Assembly (NCBI RefSeq): GCF_030028105.1
Contig: NC_092382.1
Span: 28,809,792 to 28,873,791, forward strand
DNA: 64,000 nt
DNA from: Mobula birostris
Taxonomy: Eukaryota
Direction of reading: 5' to 3'
Translations under genes and position numbers: made by a program
Shown here: in pieces, positions 38,766-52,410 of the stretch
Numbering within the stretch: position 1 is the first letter of the stretch
Layout of the letters: each line of letters starts with the position of its first letter
Notes under the pieces: generated by a model
Database searches by the model: none
What the model saw: the letters and a program-made list of their open reading frames with translations, nothing else
What the model was told of the DNA's origin: nothing

Positions 38766-39230
38766 TGCGGCGAACCTCCCGCTAAACGCAGTCGCTGTGC
38801 CGACCGCAGCCGTCGCCGGCGGTTCTCCTGTTCAGGCGGCGGTGAGGAAGGACCGATCCCGCTTTTGTGTAAGTTGGGGGCTGACTGCAGTGCGAAAGGG
38901 CCGGGACCGACTTCTGCTGGACGGCTGGAGGCTCCGGGCTCTCCGGTCCCGCGGCCCCGATTTTAGCTTTGCACCCGAGCCCGGGTGGTGGGATCAGTTG
39001 TTGTTCCCAGGCTGGGAGAGGGTTTGGGGCGAAGGGTATCTGTCTGTGTGTGGGTAGAGGTTATGGGTGGACTGTGGGTGTGGGGTGAGTGGAGGGAAGG
39101 GTGTGGGACCGTAGTCGGGTGGGGTTGCTGTTGTGAGGAACTGGGATGATCGGACGTTCCGTGACCCGGGTCGGTCAAATAAAGTTGTCAACGGGAGGAT
39201 CTGCTCCGTTGTATCGGACGCTCGGGCATC
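38766..39230 (+). promoter_or_regulatory. CpG-rich region with candidate short first exon (donor GTAAGT ~38868)
   Basis: CpG-dense, GCCGTCGCCGGCGG, consensus donor. Faces away from the 37.4-kb promoter. Confidence 0.45.
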
Positions 39231-39919
39231 CTTTCAATGAGCAACAATCTCTTTTCAAATTCATCACTGTCTAATCTTGCTGTTAACATCGTGTTTGTTA
39301 CAAAGCCCCAGAGTCTGGGAACAGCTGTCACAGTCATGGGCTGTTGGTGCAGACTGGGATGGCGGTGGAGCGTCAGTGACCTCTGTATCAGAGAAGGACA
39401 CGGGTTTGTACAGCCGCTTGTGAGATATAAATGTCCTTACAGTGGATTCGGATCTGGTGGGATATCTGGAGTTTGGAAGGGGAAAGGGAGAAAGGAAGGG
39501 GCTGAAGTGGGAGAGTTTTAAGCAGCGAAACATAGTCCGGGGTGGAGGAGTACAGGAGCTGTCTGAGAGATCGTTTTAATTGTTTTTTATATAATCTCAC
39601 AGATGGTGACCGAGGAGAAGCTTTTTGAGGGAGGATACCCAGAGATCAGCAGGTCACACAAGGTATTAAGAGAATGACAGTGATGTGATGTCCTGTGTCA
39701 TGAGTATAGACAGTCATCTCAAGTGAGGAGTGTGTGTGGAGATGCAGTTCCACTGGGATCAGGGAAGTGTCCATCTATCTGGCTGAGTGTACAATCTTTG
39801 GGATTCACTGCCCCGAGGGTGTGAAGGCTGGGTGCATCTGAGGTGGAGAGAGATAAGTATTTAAGAGAGTGAGGGGGATGGCCACAAAAGTACAGGTCAG
39901 AAACGGCCGTGTTAAACAA

Positions 39920-42900
39920 TCATAAGATCATGAGATACAGCAGGAGAATTCCTCCTCATTTCTGGTCTAAATTGATTTCCGTCTCATCTGAGAGTCTGCC
40001 CCCTGGTCCTGGGCTCTGCACTATGGGAAACGTCCTCTCACATCCTTTCTATCTCGGGTTTTACAGTATTCAGGAACTTCCAAACTCCTGTGGGAACAGG
40101 CACAGAAACATCAAACACCATGAGCTATGATCTTGTTAGGTAGCCTCATGTGCAGCACCTTGTTAAAGACCATCTGAAAATCCGAACAAACAGCATCCAC
40201 TGCCTCTCCTTTGTGTGTCCTGCCTGTTGTTTCATCAGAGAATTCCAACAGATCTGTCAGGCAAGATTTCTCCTGAAGAAAACCATGCCTACTTTGGCCG
40301 TACTGTATTGTGCACCTCCAAGTACCCTGAATCCTCATCGTTAATGGACTCCAACATCTCCCCACCTACTGAGGTCAGACTAACTGTCCTATAATTTTCT
40401 TTCTTATCCCTCCCTCCCCTCTTAAAGAACGGAGTGGCATTTGCAACTTTCGAGTTCGCCATAACCATTCCCAAATCTAGTGATTCTTGAAAGATCATTA
40501 CTCATTCCTTAAGAGAAACATGAGGGGGAATTTCTTCACTCAGAGGCGGTGAGGTTGTGGAATGGGGTGCCAGTGCAAGTGGCAGGTTCGATTTCAACAT
40601 CTCAGAGAAGATTGGATGGGTTCATAGATGGGAGGGGGAATATGGTCCCAGTGGAAGTTGCTGGAACTCAGCAGATTGATAGGTTGGCACAGACCAGATT
40701 GGCCGAATGGCATTATTCTGTGCTGTCGTGCTCTATGTCCTTAATGTCTGCACAAACTCTTCAGCTCCCTCTTCCTGAACCCTTGGGTTTACACCATTTG
40801 GCCGGGAGTCTTATCTACCTTCAGACCTTCCAGCTTCCAAAGCACATTTTCTCCTCTGTAATAGCACCTATTCTCACTTCTGCCCCAATATTCTTGAGGT
40901 CTTGGCATTTTTGGGGGAAAAAAAGATGCAAAGTCAGGGTAAGGGATGTAGAGGGGACAGGGGAGGAAGAAGTCCAAGGTGGGAGGTCATAGGTGAAACT
41001 GGAGATGGGGAGGGGTGAAGTAATATACCCAAGGATAAAGTTTTCCTCAACGAAACCAGGATTGAGCACTCCATGCCACCGTGTGTAAAACTAATAAGAA
41101 GTACACAATACTAAAGTTAAATGAAAGCACTATCCAGAAAAATGAAGAAATGGTCACTATGGAAGATGAAGTTATCCATTCATGTCCCTCCAGAGAGACA
41201 TCCCGCGATCTGAGTAGACAGATTCCGCGCAAACTGAGAAATGATTATGCTTTGCGATGCCTGCACCTCAAGTTTTACCAGCTGCAGCTGAAAAACAATA
41301 ATTATTATAGGTTGACAAACTCTCTATAGACGGACGATCGCTAGACATGAAGTCTTGGTTTCTAGAACTGCACGTGGCAATGAATTCCACAGATCCACCA
41401 CCCTCTGTCTAATCTCACCTTCGTTCCAGAAGGACGCCCCTCTGTTCCGAAACAGTTTCCTCTGGTCCTAGACTCTCCCACCATGGGACATACCAGTCTA
41501 CTCAGGTCTTTCAACATTCGATAAGTTTCAATTATATCACCTTTCATTCTTTTGAATTTCAGTGAATACGGGCCCAGAATCATCAAAGGGTCTTCATAGG
41601 ATAGGACATTCAATCTTTTAGACTCTCTCCAGTGTTAGCCCATCCTTTCTAAGATAAGGGGTGCAAAACTGCTTACAATAATCTAAGTGAAGCTTCACCA
41701 ATGCTTTATAAAGCCTCAACATTAAGTTCTTGCTTTTATATTCTAGTCCTCCTGAAATCGCATTTGGCCTCACTGCCACCTCAACTTATAAATTATCCTT
41801 TAGGGAATCCTGCACAAGGGCTCCTAAGTTTAGACTATTTAGAAAATAGTGTACCCCAGTATTTCTTTTCCCAACGTGCATGACTATACGCTTCCCTACA
41901 CGGTATTCCATCTGCCATATTTACACCCATTCCTTGAATCGTCAAAGTCCTTTTATAGCCTTTCTGCCTGGCCTTTTATAGCCTCTTTTATAGCCTCTCT
42001 GCCCGGTCCTCCAGCTATCTTGATATCATTGGCAAACTTTCCAATAAAGCTATCAATTCTGCCATCCAAGTCCTGTGGAACATCACTAGTCACCGGCAGC
42101 CAAACAGAAGACGTCCCCTTTGTTACTATCCTTTGCCAATCAGCCACTGTTTTATCCATACAATAATCTTTCCTGTAATGTCATGGATTCATAACTTGTT
42201 AACTAGCCTCATGTGTGGCACCTTGTCAAAGACCTTCTGAAAATGCAGATGTACATCATTAACCGATTCTCCTTTGTCTAGCTTGTCTAACGACTTCAAT
42301 AAATTCCAGGAATTTCAACACACTTTCCAGGCAAGATTTTCCTGGAGGCAAACATGCTGAGTGCCGATTTTATCACATGCCTCGAAATGCCCTGGAAACA
42401 CATCCCCAACATCCGACTTCAATATCTACCCAACCAGTGAGGTCAGACGAACTGTACTAAAATTTCCGTTCTTCAATCTCTCTCCCTTCTTGAGTAGTGG
42501 AGATACATTTCTGAATTTGCAGTCTTCCGCAACCATACCAGACTCACTCCACTGATTCTTGAAACTTCATTGCTCATCCCTCCACAATCTCTTCGGCCAC
42601 CTCTTCCAGAACTCTGGGATGTACACCATCTAGTCCAGGTGATCTATTTACCTTCAGACCTTTCTGTTTGCCAGGAACCTTCTCTCGAGTAACGACAACT
42701 TCACACACTTCTGACCACTGACATCTGGACATACAGCATCCCACTAGGTGCATCCACAATGAAGACTGGTGTGAAATACTTATTCAGTTCAGCCGCCATC
42801 TCCTTGTCACCCACCCTCCCCAGGCATCGTTTTCCCCCGGTCCGACATCCACTCTTGCCTCTTTTACACTTCATAGACCTGAAGAAACATTTGGTATCAT

Positions 42901-44245
42901 CTTGTAACTTCGTATTCCATCTTTTCTTTCTTAATTAATTTTTTAGTTGCCTCTTGTTGGTTTATAAAAACTTCCCAATCATCTAGCTTCCCACCAATTT
43001 TTGCTCTGTTATATGCCCTCTCTCTGGCTTTTATGTTGGCTTTGCCTTCTCATTAGCCGTGGTTGTATGACGCTCTCTTTAGAATAGTCGTTCCTTTTTC
43101 AATGTATATATCCTGTGTCTTCCGAATTGCTTCCCGCATTTACAGCCTTTGATGCTTTACCGTCATCCCTGCCAGTGTTTTTTGTCTGTTATCAAATTTG
43201 GCCAATTCCCCTCTCATTCCTCTGTATTTGTCCTTATTCCACGGTTATATTGATAGATCTCACTTTAGCTTCTCCTTCTCAAATTTCAGTGTGAATTCAA
43301 TTATATTAAGATCATTCTCTCCTCAGGGTTCTTTTACCTTAAGTGCTCTAATTCGGTTCATTGCACAACACCAAATCCAGAATAACTGATCCCCAGCTGG
43401 GCTCAACATGGTGAGCAGTGACCAGTGATGTGCCTCAGGGATCTGTTCTGGGACACTTACTCTTCATCATATTTATAAATGACCTGGATGAGGAAGTGGA
43501 GGGATGGGGTAGCAAGTTTGCTGATGACACAAAGGTTGGTGGTGTTGTCAATAGTGTGGAGGGCTGTCAGAGATTACAGCGGACATTGATAGGCTGCAAA
43601 ACTGGGCTGAGAAGTGGCAGATGGAGTTCAACCCAGATAAGTGTGAGATGGTTCATTTTGTTAGGTCAAGTATGATGGCAGAATGTAGTATTAATGGTAA
43701 GATCTTGGCAGTGTGGAGGATCAGAGGGATCTTGGGGTCCGAGTCCACAGGATGCTCAAAGCAGCTGCACAGGTTGACTCTGTGGTTAAGAAGGCGTACG
43801 GTGTATTGGCCTTCATCAATGGTGGAATTGAATTTAGGAGCCGAGAGGTAATGTTGCAGCTATATAGGACCCTGGTCAGACCCCACTGAAGAGTACTGTG
43901 CTGAGTTCTGGTCGCCTCACTACAGGAAGGATGTGAAAGCCATAGAAAGGGTGCAGAGGAGATTTACAAGGATGTTGCCTGGATTGGGGAGCATGCCTTA
44001 TGAGAATAGGTTGAGTGAACTTGGCCTTTTCTCCTTGGAGCTACAGAGGATGAGAGGTGACCTGATAGAGGTGTATAAGATGACAAGAGGCACTGATCAT
44101 TTAGGGCAGTCAGAGGCTTTTTCCCAGGGCTGAAATGGCTGCCACAAGAAGGCATGGGTTTAAGGTGCTTGGGAGTAGGTACAGAGGAGATGTCAGGGGT
44201 AAGTATTTTACTCAGAGAGTGGTGAGTGCATGGTATGGGCTGCCG
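39920..44245. mobile_element. Mosaic of CR1 fragments (mostly minus; plus-strand 3' piece 43410-44245)
   Basis: [42 protein letters not shown]. Confidence 0.75.
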
Positions 44246-44639
44246 ACGATATTCCAGATAACTGTGTATCAAGAGTTCCGATGAAGGGTCTTGGCCCAAA
44301 ACATTGATTCCCATCGATAGATGCTGCCTGACCTGTTGAGCTCCTCACATACATTGTCTTGTTGCTCTAAACTTCCAGCATCTGCTGTATCTCTTGTGTC
44401 CCATATACTGGTACGTTTCTGGAAAGGAGACACAGGTAGGCAGAGAGGGTGCTGTGGCTGTGTTGGTAAAAAGTCAAATCAAATCAAATCATCAGGAAGG
44501 TGGCGTAGGGTTGGAAAGCAAACATTAAAAAAAAATCACCCAACAGTCTGATAGAATTTCTAAACTATCTATTTTCATCAAAAATAAACATGATTATATG
44601 AGTATAATGAGTATATATGAAAGTCTGATAAAAAAAAAC

Positions 44640-45250
44640 ACAGGCCAGAAAACTTAATTGAGAAGCCAACTCAGAAAAATGTATTACCACTATGGAAGAA
44701 ATAACTAACCAGTGGAATGAGTATCACCCTCCTTGGGAGGCATCCCAATGATCTGAGCAGATGAAATGGTGACAAGGAAGCATCGAGCCCCTGACTGAGA
44801 GTTGGAGACCTCTTCCCTGAAACAGAGGGATTCCTCGCAGAAATACAGGCCAAGGTGGTTAACAAAGAAAATAAATCAAAAATGCATAAAATACAACAAG
44901 CAAGGTGATTAATGCAGAAAATGCCAAGAGAAACCAGACACAGTCCAACACATTCTGGGATCCTGCAGCAGTTGAACTCAATCAGATTACGTACACAGGT
45001 ACAATCAAATAGCAAATATCATTCACTAAAACCTTGCTTTAAAATATAAACTTATGAATGACCACCGTAACTTCATAAAGGCACCATAAATTCAAGCCTG
45101 ATCCGGTTTTAGAGTCAAAATCTCACAATTTATATGATAGTCAATACATTATTTCAGATAGGACAATCCATAATAACCATCCAGATATAATATTACAGGA
45201 TAAACAAGCAGGAACAACTCCCTCAATAGATAAAACCATTCCCAACACAC
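44640..45250 (+). mobile_element. R4/Dong-like fragment, duplicate of 18440-19090
   Basis: Same motifs and same right junction. A short third relic lies at ~41130-41240. Confidence 0.72.
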
Positions 45251-45549
45251 ATGTTCCTCGACCAGTGGAGCACCTCACCACAGGCATTGTTTCTGTCATC
45301 AGTCAGACAACCAAATTACTTTCTCTGTCAATCAGCTTCCAAATGTTGCTACTCTGTCATTTATTGCCACACCCCGCTGCTGATTCCCTTCTCCTCATCA
45401 TACGTTCTTACCCCGACCATCGTCCAGAGCCCCAAACTCTGCCCTGTGCAGACTCGCCTCTGGTTTCTGACCCTGCTCCGTTCAACATCCAACTAATGGC
45501 TTCTCATTCTGTTTTCAGTCTTGAGAGGACAGTGGCTTTTTCTAACAAC

Positions 45550-46125
45550 CCTGGCAGCTATGTAGGATGCTGGTCAGAACCCACTTGGAGTACTGTTGTC
45601 AGTTCTGGTTGCCTCACTACAGGAAGGATGTGGAAACCACAGAAAGGGTGCAGAGGAGATGTACAAGGATGTTGCCTGGATTGGGGGGGGGGGGGACATG
45701 CTATCTGAAGACAGGTTGAGTGAACTCGGCGTTTTCTCCTTGGAGTGAAGAAGGATGAGAGGTAACCTGACAGAGGTGTATAAGATGATGCGAGGCATTG
45801 ATCGTGTGGATAGCCAGGGGCTTTTTTGCCCCAGGGCTGCCACAAGAGGACACAGATTTAAGGTGCTTGGGAGTAGGTACAAAGGAGATGTCTGCGGTAA
45901 GTTTTTATGCAGAGAGTGGTGAGCGCCTGGAATGGGCTGCCGACGACAGTGGTGGAGGTGTATACGATCAGGTATTTGAAAAGACTTTTGGATTGGTACA
46001 TGGAGCTTAGAAAAGCAGAGGGCTATGGGTAACCCTAGTAATTTTTAAGGTAGGGGCATGTTTGGTAAAACTTTGTGGGCTGAAGGGCCTGTATTGTGCT
46101 GTAGGTTTTCTATGTTTCTTTGTTA
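45550..46125 (+). mobile_element. CR1 3' fragment inserted after the duplication
   Basis: Absent from the paralogous site ~19390; TTCTATG tail; AACCCT on both sides. Confidence 0.8.
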
Positions 46126-46689
46126 ACCCTTCAGAAGCAGGGAAAATGACCTATAATGTGGAAATAAGAAGGTGAACTACCAATGTCATTCTTCCTCAGC
46201 CCAGGGATTTGAGGGGTGAAGAACATGTCAGCTAGAACTGCAGTCAATTTGACTTCTTCAGTCTGCAGAAAATTCAAGGGGAACCCCTTCACCCACACAG
46301 TGGTGACTGTTTGGAACCCATCACCACAGGGAGAGCAAGAGGGGAACAACAGGGGAGGATTTAAAAGGACTATCGTGGAACAGAATCACTGGCAGGGTCC
46401 AGCTGGCCTGAGTTGACTCTTTACTGTACACTAGGTGCATTATAAATTCACTAAGTACCAGAGACAAGAATTCCAACAGAACTGATTTATTTGCCTCAGA
46501 TCCAGGATATTAAACAACAGTCCCATTAAAGGTGAATGTGCAGCAGAAGAAACTCCTCCCATGCCCAGTGACCAGGGCGCAGAACTGGGTGTGGTGAGCA
46601 GCAGCAATAATTGCAGAGTTCAGCACCGACAGTCACTCTCGAAACTGCATTCAGCAACGGTGATGGACAAATATCCAGCATTCAGCTTA

Positions 46690-47304
<615 letters not shown>

Positions 47305-48814
47305 CTGTAAAAAGATTTACAAAATCCATCAATGGGTGAAGGACATTTCAGATGAGATCACTCGAGTTGCCAAGGTGTGAACTGACTTCACACTGTTACA
47401 GTAAGGATCAACCCAAGTTGGAAGGAGAAATCATCTTCTAACTGGGCACAGTGTTGGTATCTGGAATCAAACTCCCTGATGCTCTTCCTGTCTCAATAAG
47501 AATGGGGCATTTCTGCCATCTCAAATCTCTGACTTGGCTCAGTTTGACTCTCTCTATTGGTATTATTCCCTGTTCCCACTGAGCTGTATGGGTGCCTGGC
47601 CCCAAAGGAACTGAAACACTCTCACACAAATAGCCTTTGTTGACCTGCAGCTGGGACCTTCTTTTATGCACTGTTAATTTAAAGTGCCGCAGTTTTAATG
47701 CCATATAAAAATTTGCTGCTGAGATGAATGGTTGGTCTGTTAAAAGGAATTAGAGTGAATATTAGTATTATTTCAGGTTCTTGTCACAGTCATAGAAAAG
47801 TACAACACAGAAACAGACCCTTTGGCCCATCTAGTTTGTGCTGAACTATTTAAATGTTTTATTCCCATATCCCTACCATCCAGGTACGTACACAAACCTC
47901 TTAAATGGTGAAACTGAGCTCACATTCACCACTTCTGCTGGCTGCTCATTCCACACCTGGATGACCATCTGTGTGAAAAAGTTTCCCCTCATGTTCCCCT
48001 TAACGTTTCACCTTTCACCCTTAACCCATGGCCTCTGGTTGTAGTCCCACACCATCTCAGTGGTTAAAGCCAGCTTGCATTTACCCTATCTATAACCCTC
48101 ATAATTTTGGTACAATTCCATCAAATCTTCCCTTAATCTTTTACATTCCAAGGAATAAAGTCCTGACCTGTTCAATCTTTCCTTATAACCAAGTCCTCCA
48201 GACGTAGCAATATCCTTCTGAATTTTCTCTGAACTCTTTCAACCTCTTTTACTTCTTTCCTCTAGGTAGGTGACCAAAACTGCACACAATAGTCCCAAGT
48301 TAGGCATCACCAATTTCTCATACAGAGTCAACATAGCATCCATCTCCTGTACTCAGTACATTGGCTTATGAAGGCCAATGTGCCAAAATCCTTCTTTCTC
48401 CAGCAACTTTTGCGTCACCACAGTACACACAGGTAACACCAGTTTCTGTATTGTACATAAATATTTCCCCTGAACCCTCCCCCAGGTGACTGACGGTGGT
48501 GAACTCAGTGATGGCAATGCCAATGAATATGAAGGGAAGGGCAGTAGTCTGTCTCATTGGAGTCTGGCACATTTGCGATGTGAAAGCTACTTGTTGCCCA
48601 GGACAATGTGTTGGATATCATTATGGATCCAGAGAGAGTGGGTCAAAACATGTTCTCACGGGTAGAAAAGTCCAGAACAAGAGGAGGTGGAACAAGCAAC
48701 AGACACAAAATGCTGGAGGAACTCAGCAGGCCAGGCAGCATCTATGGAAAAGAGTACTAATGCTGAGTTCCTCCAGCAATTTGTGTGTGTTGCTCGGATT
48801 TCCAGCATCTGCAG

Positions 48815-49200
48815 ATTTTCTCTTGTTTGTGACTGGAGGCAGAACAAAGGTGATTTTCACAACAGCTGATGTGAAAGATTTTGTTCCCTTTCTCCGAGTT
48901 CCCGATCCTTGCATTTAGACAGCTGGAGCTCAGCTCTGTCTGAGAGACCCATCGGTTCCCATTCCCTCATCAGCCGGAAGCCCCCTGGGGCCCTTATAGT
49001 GATCGAGAGAGAAAGGGAAGAATCGGTGTTGGAAAAAGTCCGACCAGAGAATCGTTCTTACCTGCAATCGGATGCACACGAGGCCGGTTGTGTACTGTGC
49101 GCATGCGTGATATTCGGGAACATCGGCAACCCTGACACCAGCGCATTCAATCGGTGAGTCAGCGACTGCGTAATTTAAACGCTAGGCGTTCTGGGTAATC
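48815..49200 (-). promoter_or_regulatory. NRF1-motif promoter / first exon of ZF-C
   Basis: TGCGCATGCG 49098-49107 followed (minus strand) by the donor CAG|GTAAGA at 49061. Inverted paralog of 52.0-52.4 kb. Confidence 0.6.
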
Positions 49201-49608
49201 ACGATGCCATTAAAAGTGTCTGCAAGCACCGGTTCCATGCCCATGGATCAGTGTTTGTATGTACAAAAAACTCAGCACCTGTTTTAATGCAGACAGCAGC
49301 TCCCATAAACAATATACTGAATATCAACAGGCATTCCCTGTGTTTCATGCCAAAGTAAAACCCTCTTACAATGCAGATATAAAAAACAAGAGATTCTGCA
49401 GTTGCTTGACATGTGCACACACAAACACACACACGCAAAATGCTGGAGCAACATCCTGGACCGAAGTGACTGTAATGTGCTGTAGATTCCTGTGATTCTA
49501 TGTAATTCAGCGGCAGTCTCTTCTCCCAGGGAGTGGTGACTTGTTCCAACCTGTCATCACAGGGAGAGTGAGAGCTGAACGGCAGGGATAGATTTTAAAA
49601 TACCTGTG

Positions 49609-49800
49609 CACCAACAGTTTCGCACTGGGATCCGGCCGTTCATCTGCTCCGTGTGTGCGAAATGACTCATTCACTTAATCCACTTTATGATGCTCCGGTG
49701 AGTTTACAATAAAATAGAGGCCACATTTCTGTCCGGAGTGAGCAAAAAGGTTTACTCAATCATCCCAGCTGGTGCAACGCCAGCAACTTCACATCAGGGA
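49609..49800 (+). pseudogene. Highly decayed C2H2 zinc-finger relic (~2 fingers)
   Basis: Translates as HQQFRTGIRPFICSVCAK*...RPHFCPE*AKRFTQSSQLVQRQQLH. Confidence 0.6.
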
Positions 49801-51939
49801 GGAACTTCAAATCAGCTCTATGTTAAATATTTAACCATCAAGGTAACTGAGGGACTGTTAGAAACATAGAAAATAGGTGCAGGAGTAGCCATTCGGCCCT
49901 TTGAGCCTGCACCGCCATTCAGTATGATCATGGCTGATCATCCAACTCAGGACCCTGAACCTGCCTTCTCTCCATACCCCCTGATCCCTTTAGCCACCAG
50001 GGCCATATCAATCCCCCTCTCCATTATATAATCAGTTCAACATGACTTGCCTTTCATAAGTCTATTTTTTCTGTTATTGTCACACTTTGTTGAAGTGTTA
50101 GTTCTGAGACTGATTATCATTTGCAAGGCTTTCCTACACTGAGGTTAATCTGCCTGATCTAGGATCGCTAGATTTATCTTTGCATCTCTTTTGAGCAAAA
50201 ATACTGTATATCCTATTCTCTAGTCCTCAGATGCACCCCAAAGCTGTAGATGTTGGAAGATTCTGACCACAACTTCACAGTTTCCTCACATACAATCTAT
50301 CTGTACCAGATGATTTATCCACATTCAGTTCAGCTGGCATTTATGGCAAATCCTCTTTTTCAACATCTCCCCAGAACAGAGCCTCATCTTCCTTTTCTGT
50401 TACTGTCAAAATCTGCAGTTCTTGCGGCTGCTCATCCCACCCAGGACCGAACCCTAGTCACTGAGCATTGGAGGAGTCAGTTCTGCTGATGTTAGCCCTA
50501 AACTAGAGTGGTGTTTAATATTATGGATCTGTGAAAGACAAATTAGTTCTGTATCAAATCCCGTGTCTCAGGTACTTACTGTCTCTACCACACTCACGAT
50601 GTACAGTAGAGAGGCCACTCGGCCCATTTAGTTCCTGCCCATGTTTCTGTTCCATATCAGTATATCACAATCTATCCCTGCCATTTCCCTCTCACTCTCC
50701 CTGTGATGACAGGTTACAACATGTCACCACTCCGTGGGATAGGAGATTTCCCTTGAATGTCATAGAATCATAGAAATCTACAGCACATTACAGACCCTTC
50801 GGCCCACAATGTTGTGCCGACCATGTAACCTACTCTAGAAACTGCTTAGAGTTACCCAACCGTATAGCCCTCTATTTTCATAAGCTCCATGTACCTTTCT
50901 AAGATTCTCTTACAAGACTTCATTGTATCCACCTCCACCACCGTCGCTGGCAGTGCATTCCACACAAACACCACTCTTTGTTTAAAAAAACTTAGCTCTG
51001 ACATCTCCTCTGTACCTATTTCCAAGCAGCTTAAACCTATGCCCCCTCGTGTTATCCGTTTCAACCCTGGGAAAAAGCCTTTGGCTATTCACACGACCAA
51101 TGCCTCTCATCATCTTATTCACCTGCAAGAAATTTTCTGCATGCTTTTCTCCAGGCTGAATAAGACAATGAGCTCACTGTGGTTTTAACGTTCTTCAGGG
51201 CTCTGGACTAAGGTGCTGAAGCTCCTTCTTCCCTGCTCTTTTCAACGTTTTGGGTCATTTTCACTAATTTCAAAGGACTGTGTCTCAGACAGCTGGGTTG
51301 TTGTAATGTGCCTCTAAAGTCTGACAGTAGACGAGCGAGTGAATCTTTGATGGAGCAGAGTCAGAAAACAAAGAGTTGTCAGCCTGATTCAAGGCTTTGG
51401 GGCTCCAGAAAGAGAGGGGACTTAAAGTTTACAAGGAGGAGGAGGAAGAGAAATCAGGCCGGCAGGATATGGCTACAAATGAAAGATCAGAAACATTTTG
51501 AAACAGTTTGATTGGAAGAAAAAGGTGGTTAATTTCTGCAAATTAGTGGTGGAAATCAACAGATCAGGCAGCAAATGTGGAGTGGAATAAATAGACAACG
51601 TTTAGGACGAGCCCCTTCAGCATACCTAGACTGTGTACTCCTCTGCTTAGTTGCTGCCTGAACTGCAGAGTTCCTCTAGCATTTTGTGTGTGTGTGTGTG
51701 TGTATGTGTCTCTGTACTGTATTTCCAGCAACTGCAGAATCTCTTGAGTTTTATATCTACATTTGTAAGAGGATTGTACTTTGGCATTAGATACACGGTG
51801 ATATTGAGTATATTTTTTTACGGGAGCCGCTTTCTGCATTAAAACAGCTGCTGAATTTTCTATATGCACAAAAAAAACTGAGCTATGGACGTGGAACTGG
51901 TGTATGCAGAAACTTTTAATGGCACCATGATTAGCCATA

Positions 51940-52410
51940 AAGCCGTGCGACAGAAATTTCGCCCTTGCCGAAGCACCGATCAAATGCGCAGGCGTCGGCG
52001 TTGTGACGTTGCCGAATATCACGCATGCGCGCAGTATACGGAAGGCCTCAAAAGACCGACAGCAGGTAAGAGCGCGTCCCCGGGGATGAGGGAGAAGGTG
52101 AGGGGAGACATGGAAAGGGGAGAGCGGAGGGGGAGGGACAATTGCTGTGATCTCCGGGCACCATGACCCGCAATCCCGGGACAGTCCTGCTCTCTTCCCT
52201 CTCTCTCAGCCCCACCATCCGTACACGGGCCCCGGGGAGCTTCCGGCTGATGAGGGAATGGGAACCGATGGGTCTCTCAGACAGAGCTGAGCTCCAGCTG
52301 TCTAAATGCAAGGATCGGGAACTCGGAGAAAGGGAACAAAATGTTTTACATCAGCTGTTGTGAAAATCACCTTTGTTCTGCCTCCAGTCACAAACAAGAG
52401 AAAATCTGCA
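51940..52410 (+). promoter_or_regulatory. NRF1-motif promoter / first exon of ZF-D
   Basis: TGCGCAGGCG and CGCATGCGC (52022-52030); donor CAG|GTAAGA at 52066. Confidence 0.62.

Noticed and set aside
37458-39057. Long ORFs (up to 445 aa) on both strands
   Set aside because: Translation of a GC-rich 27-28-bp minisatellite with mixed unit lengths; no protein-like conservation.
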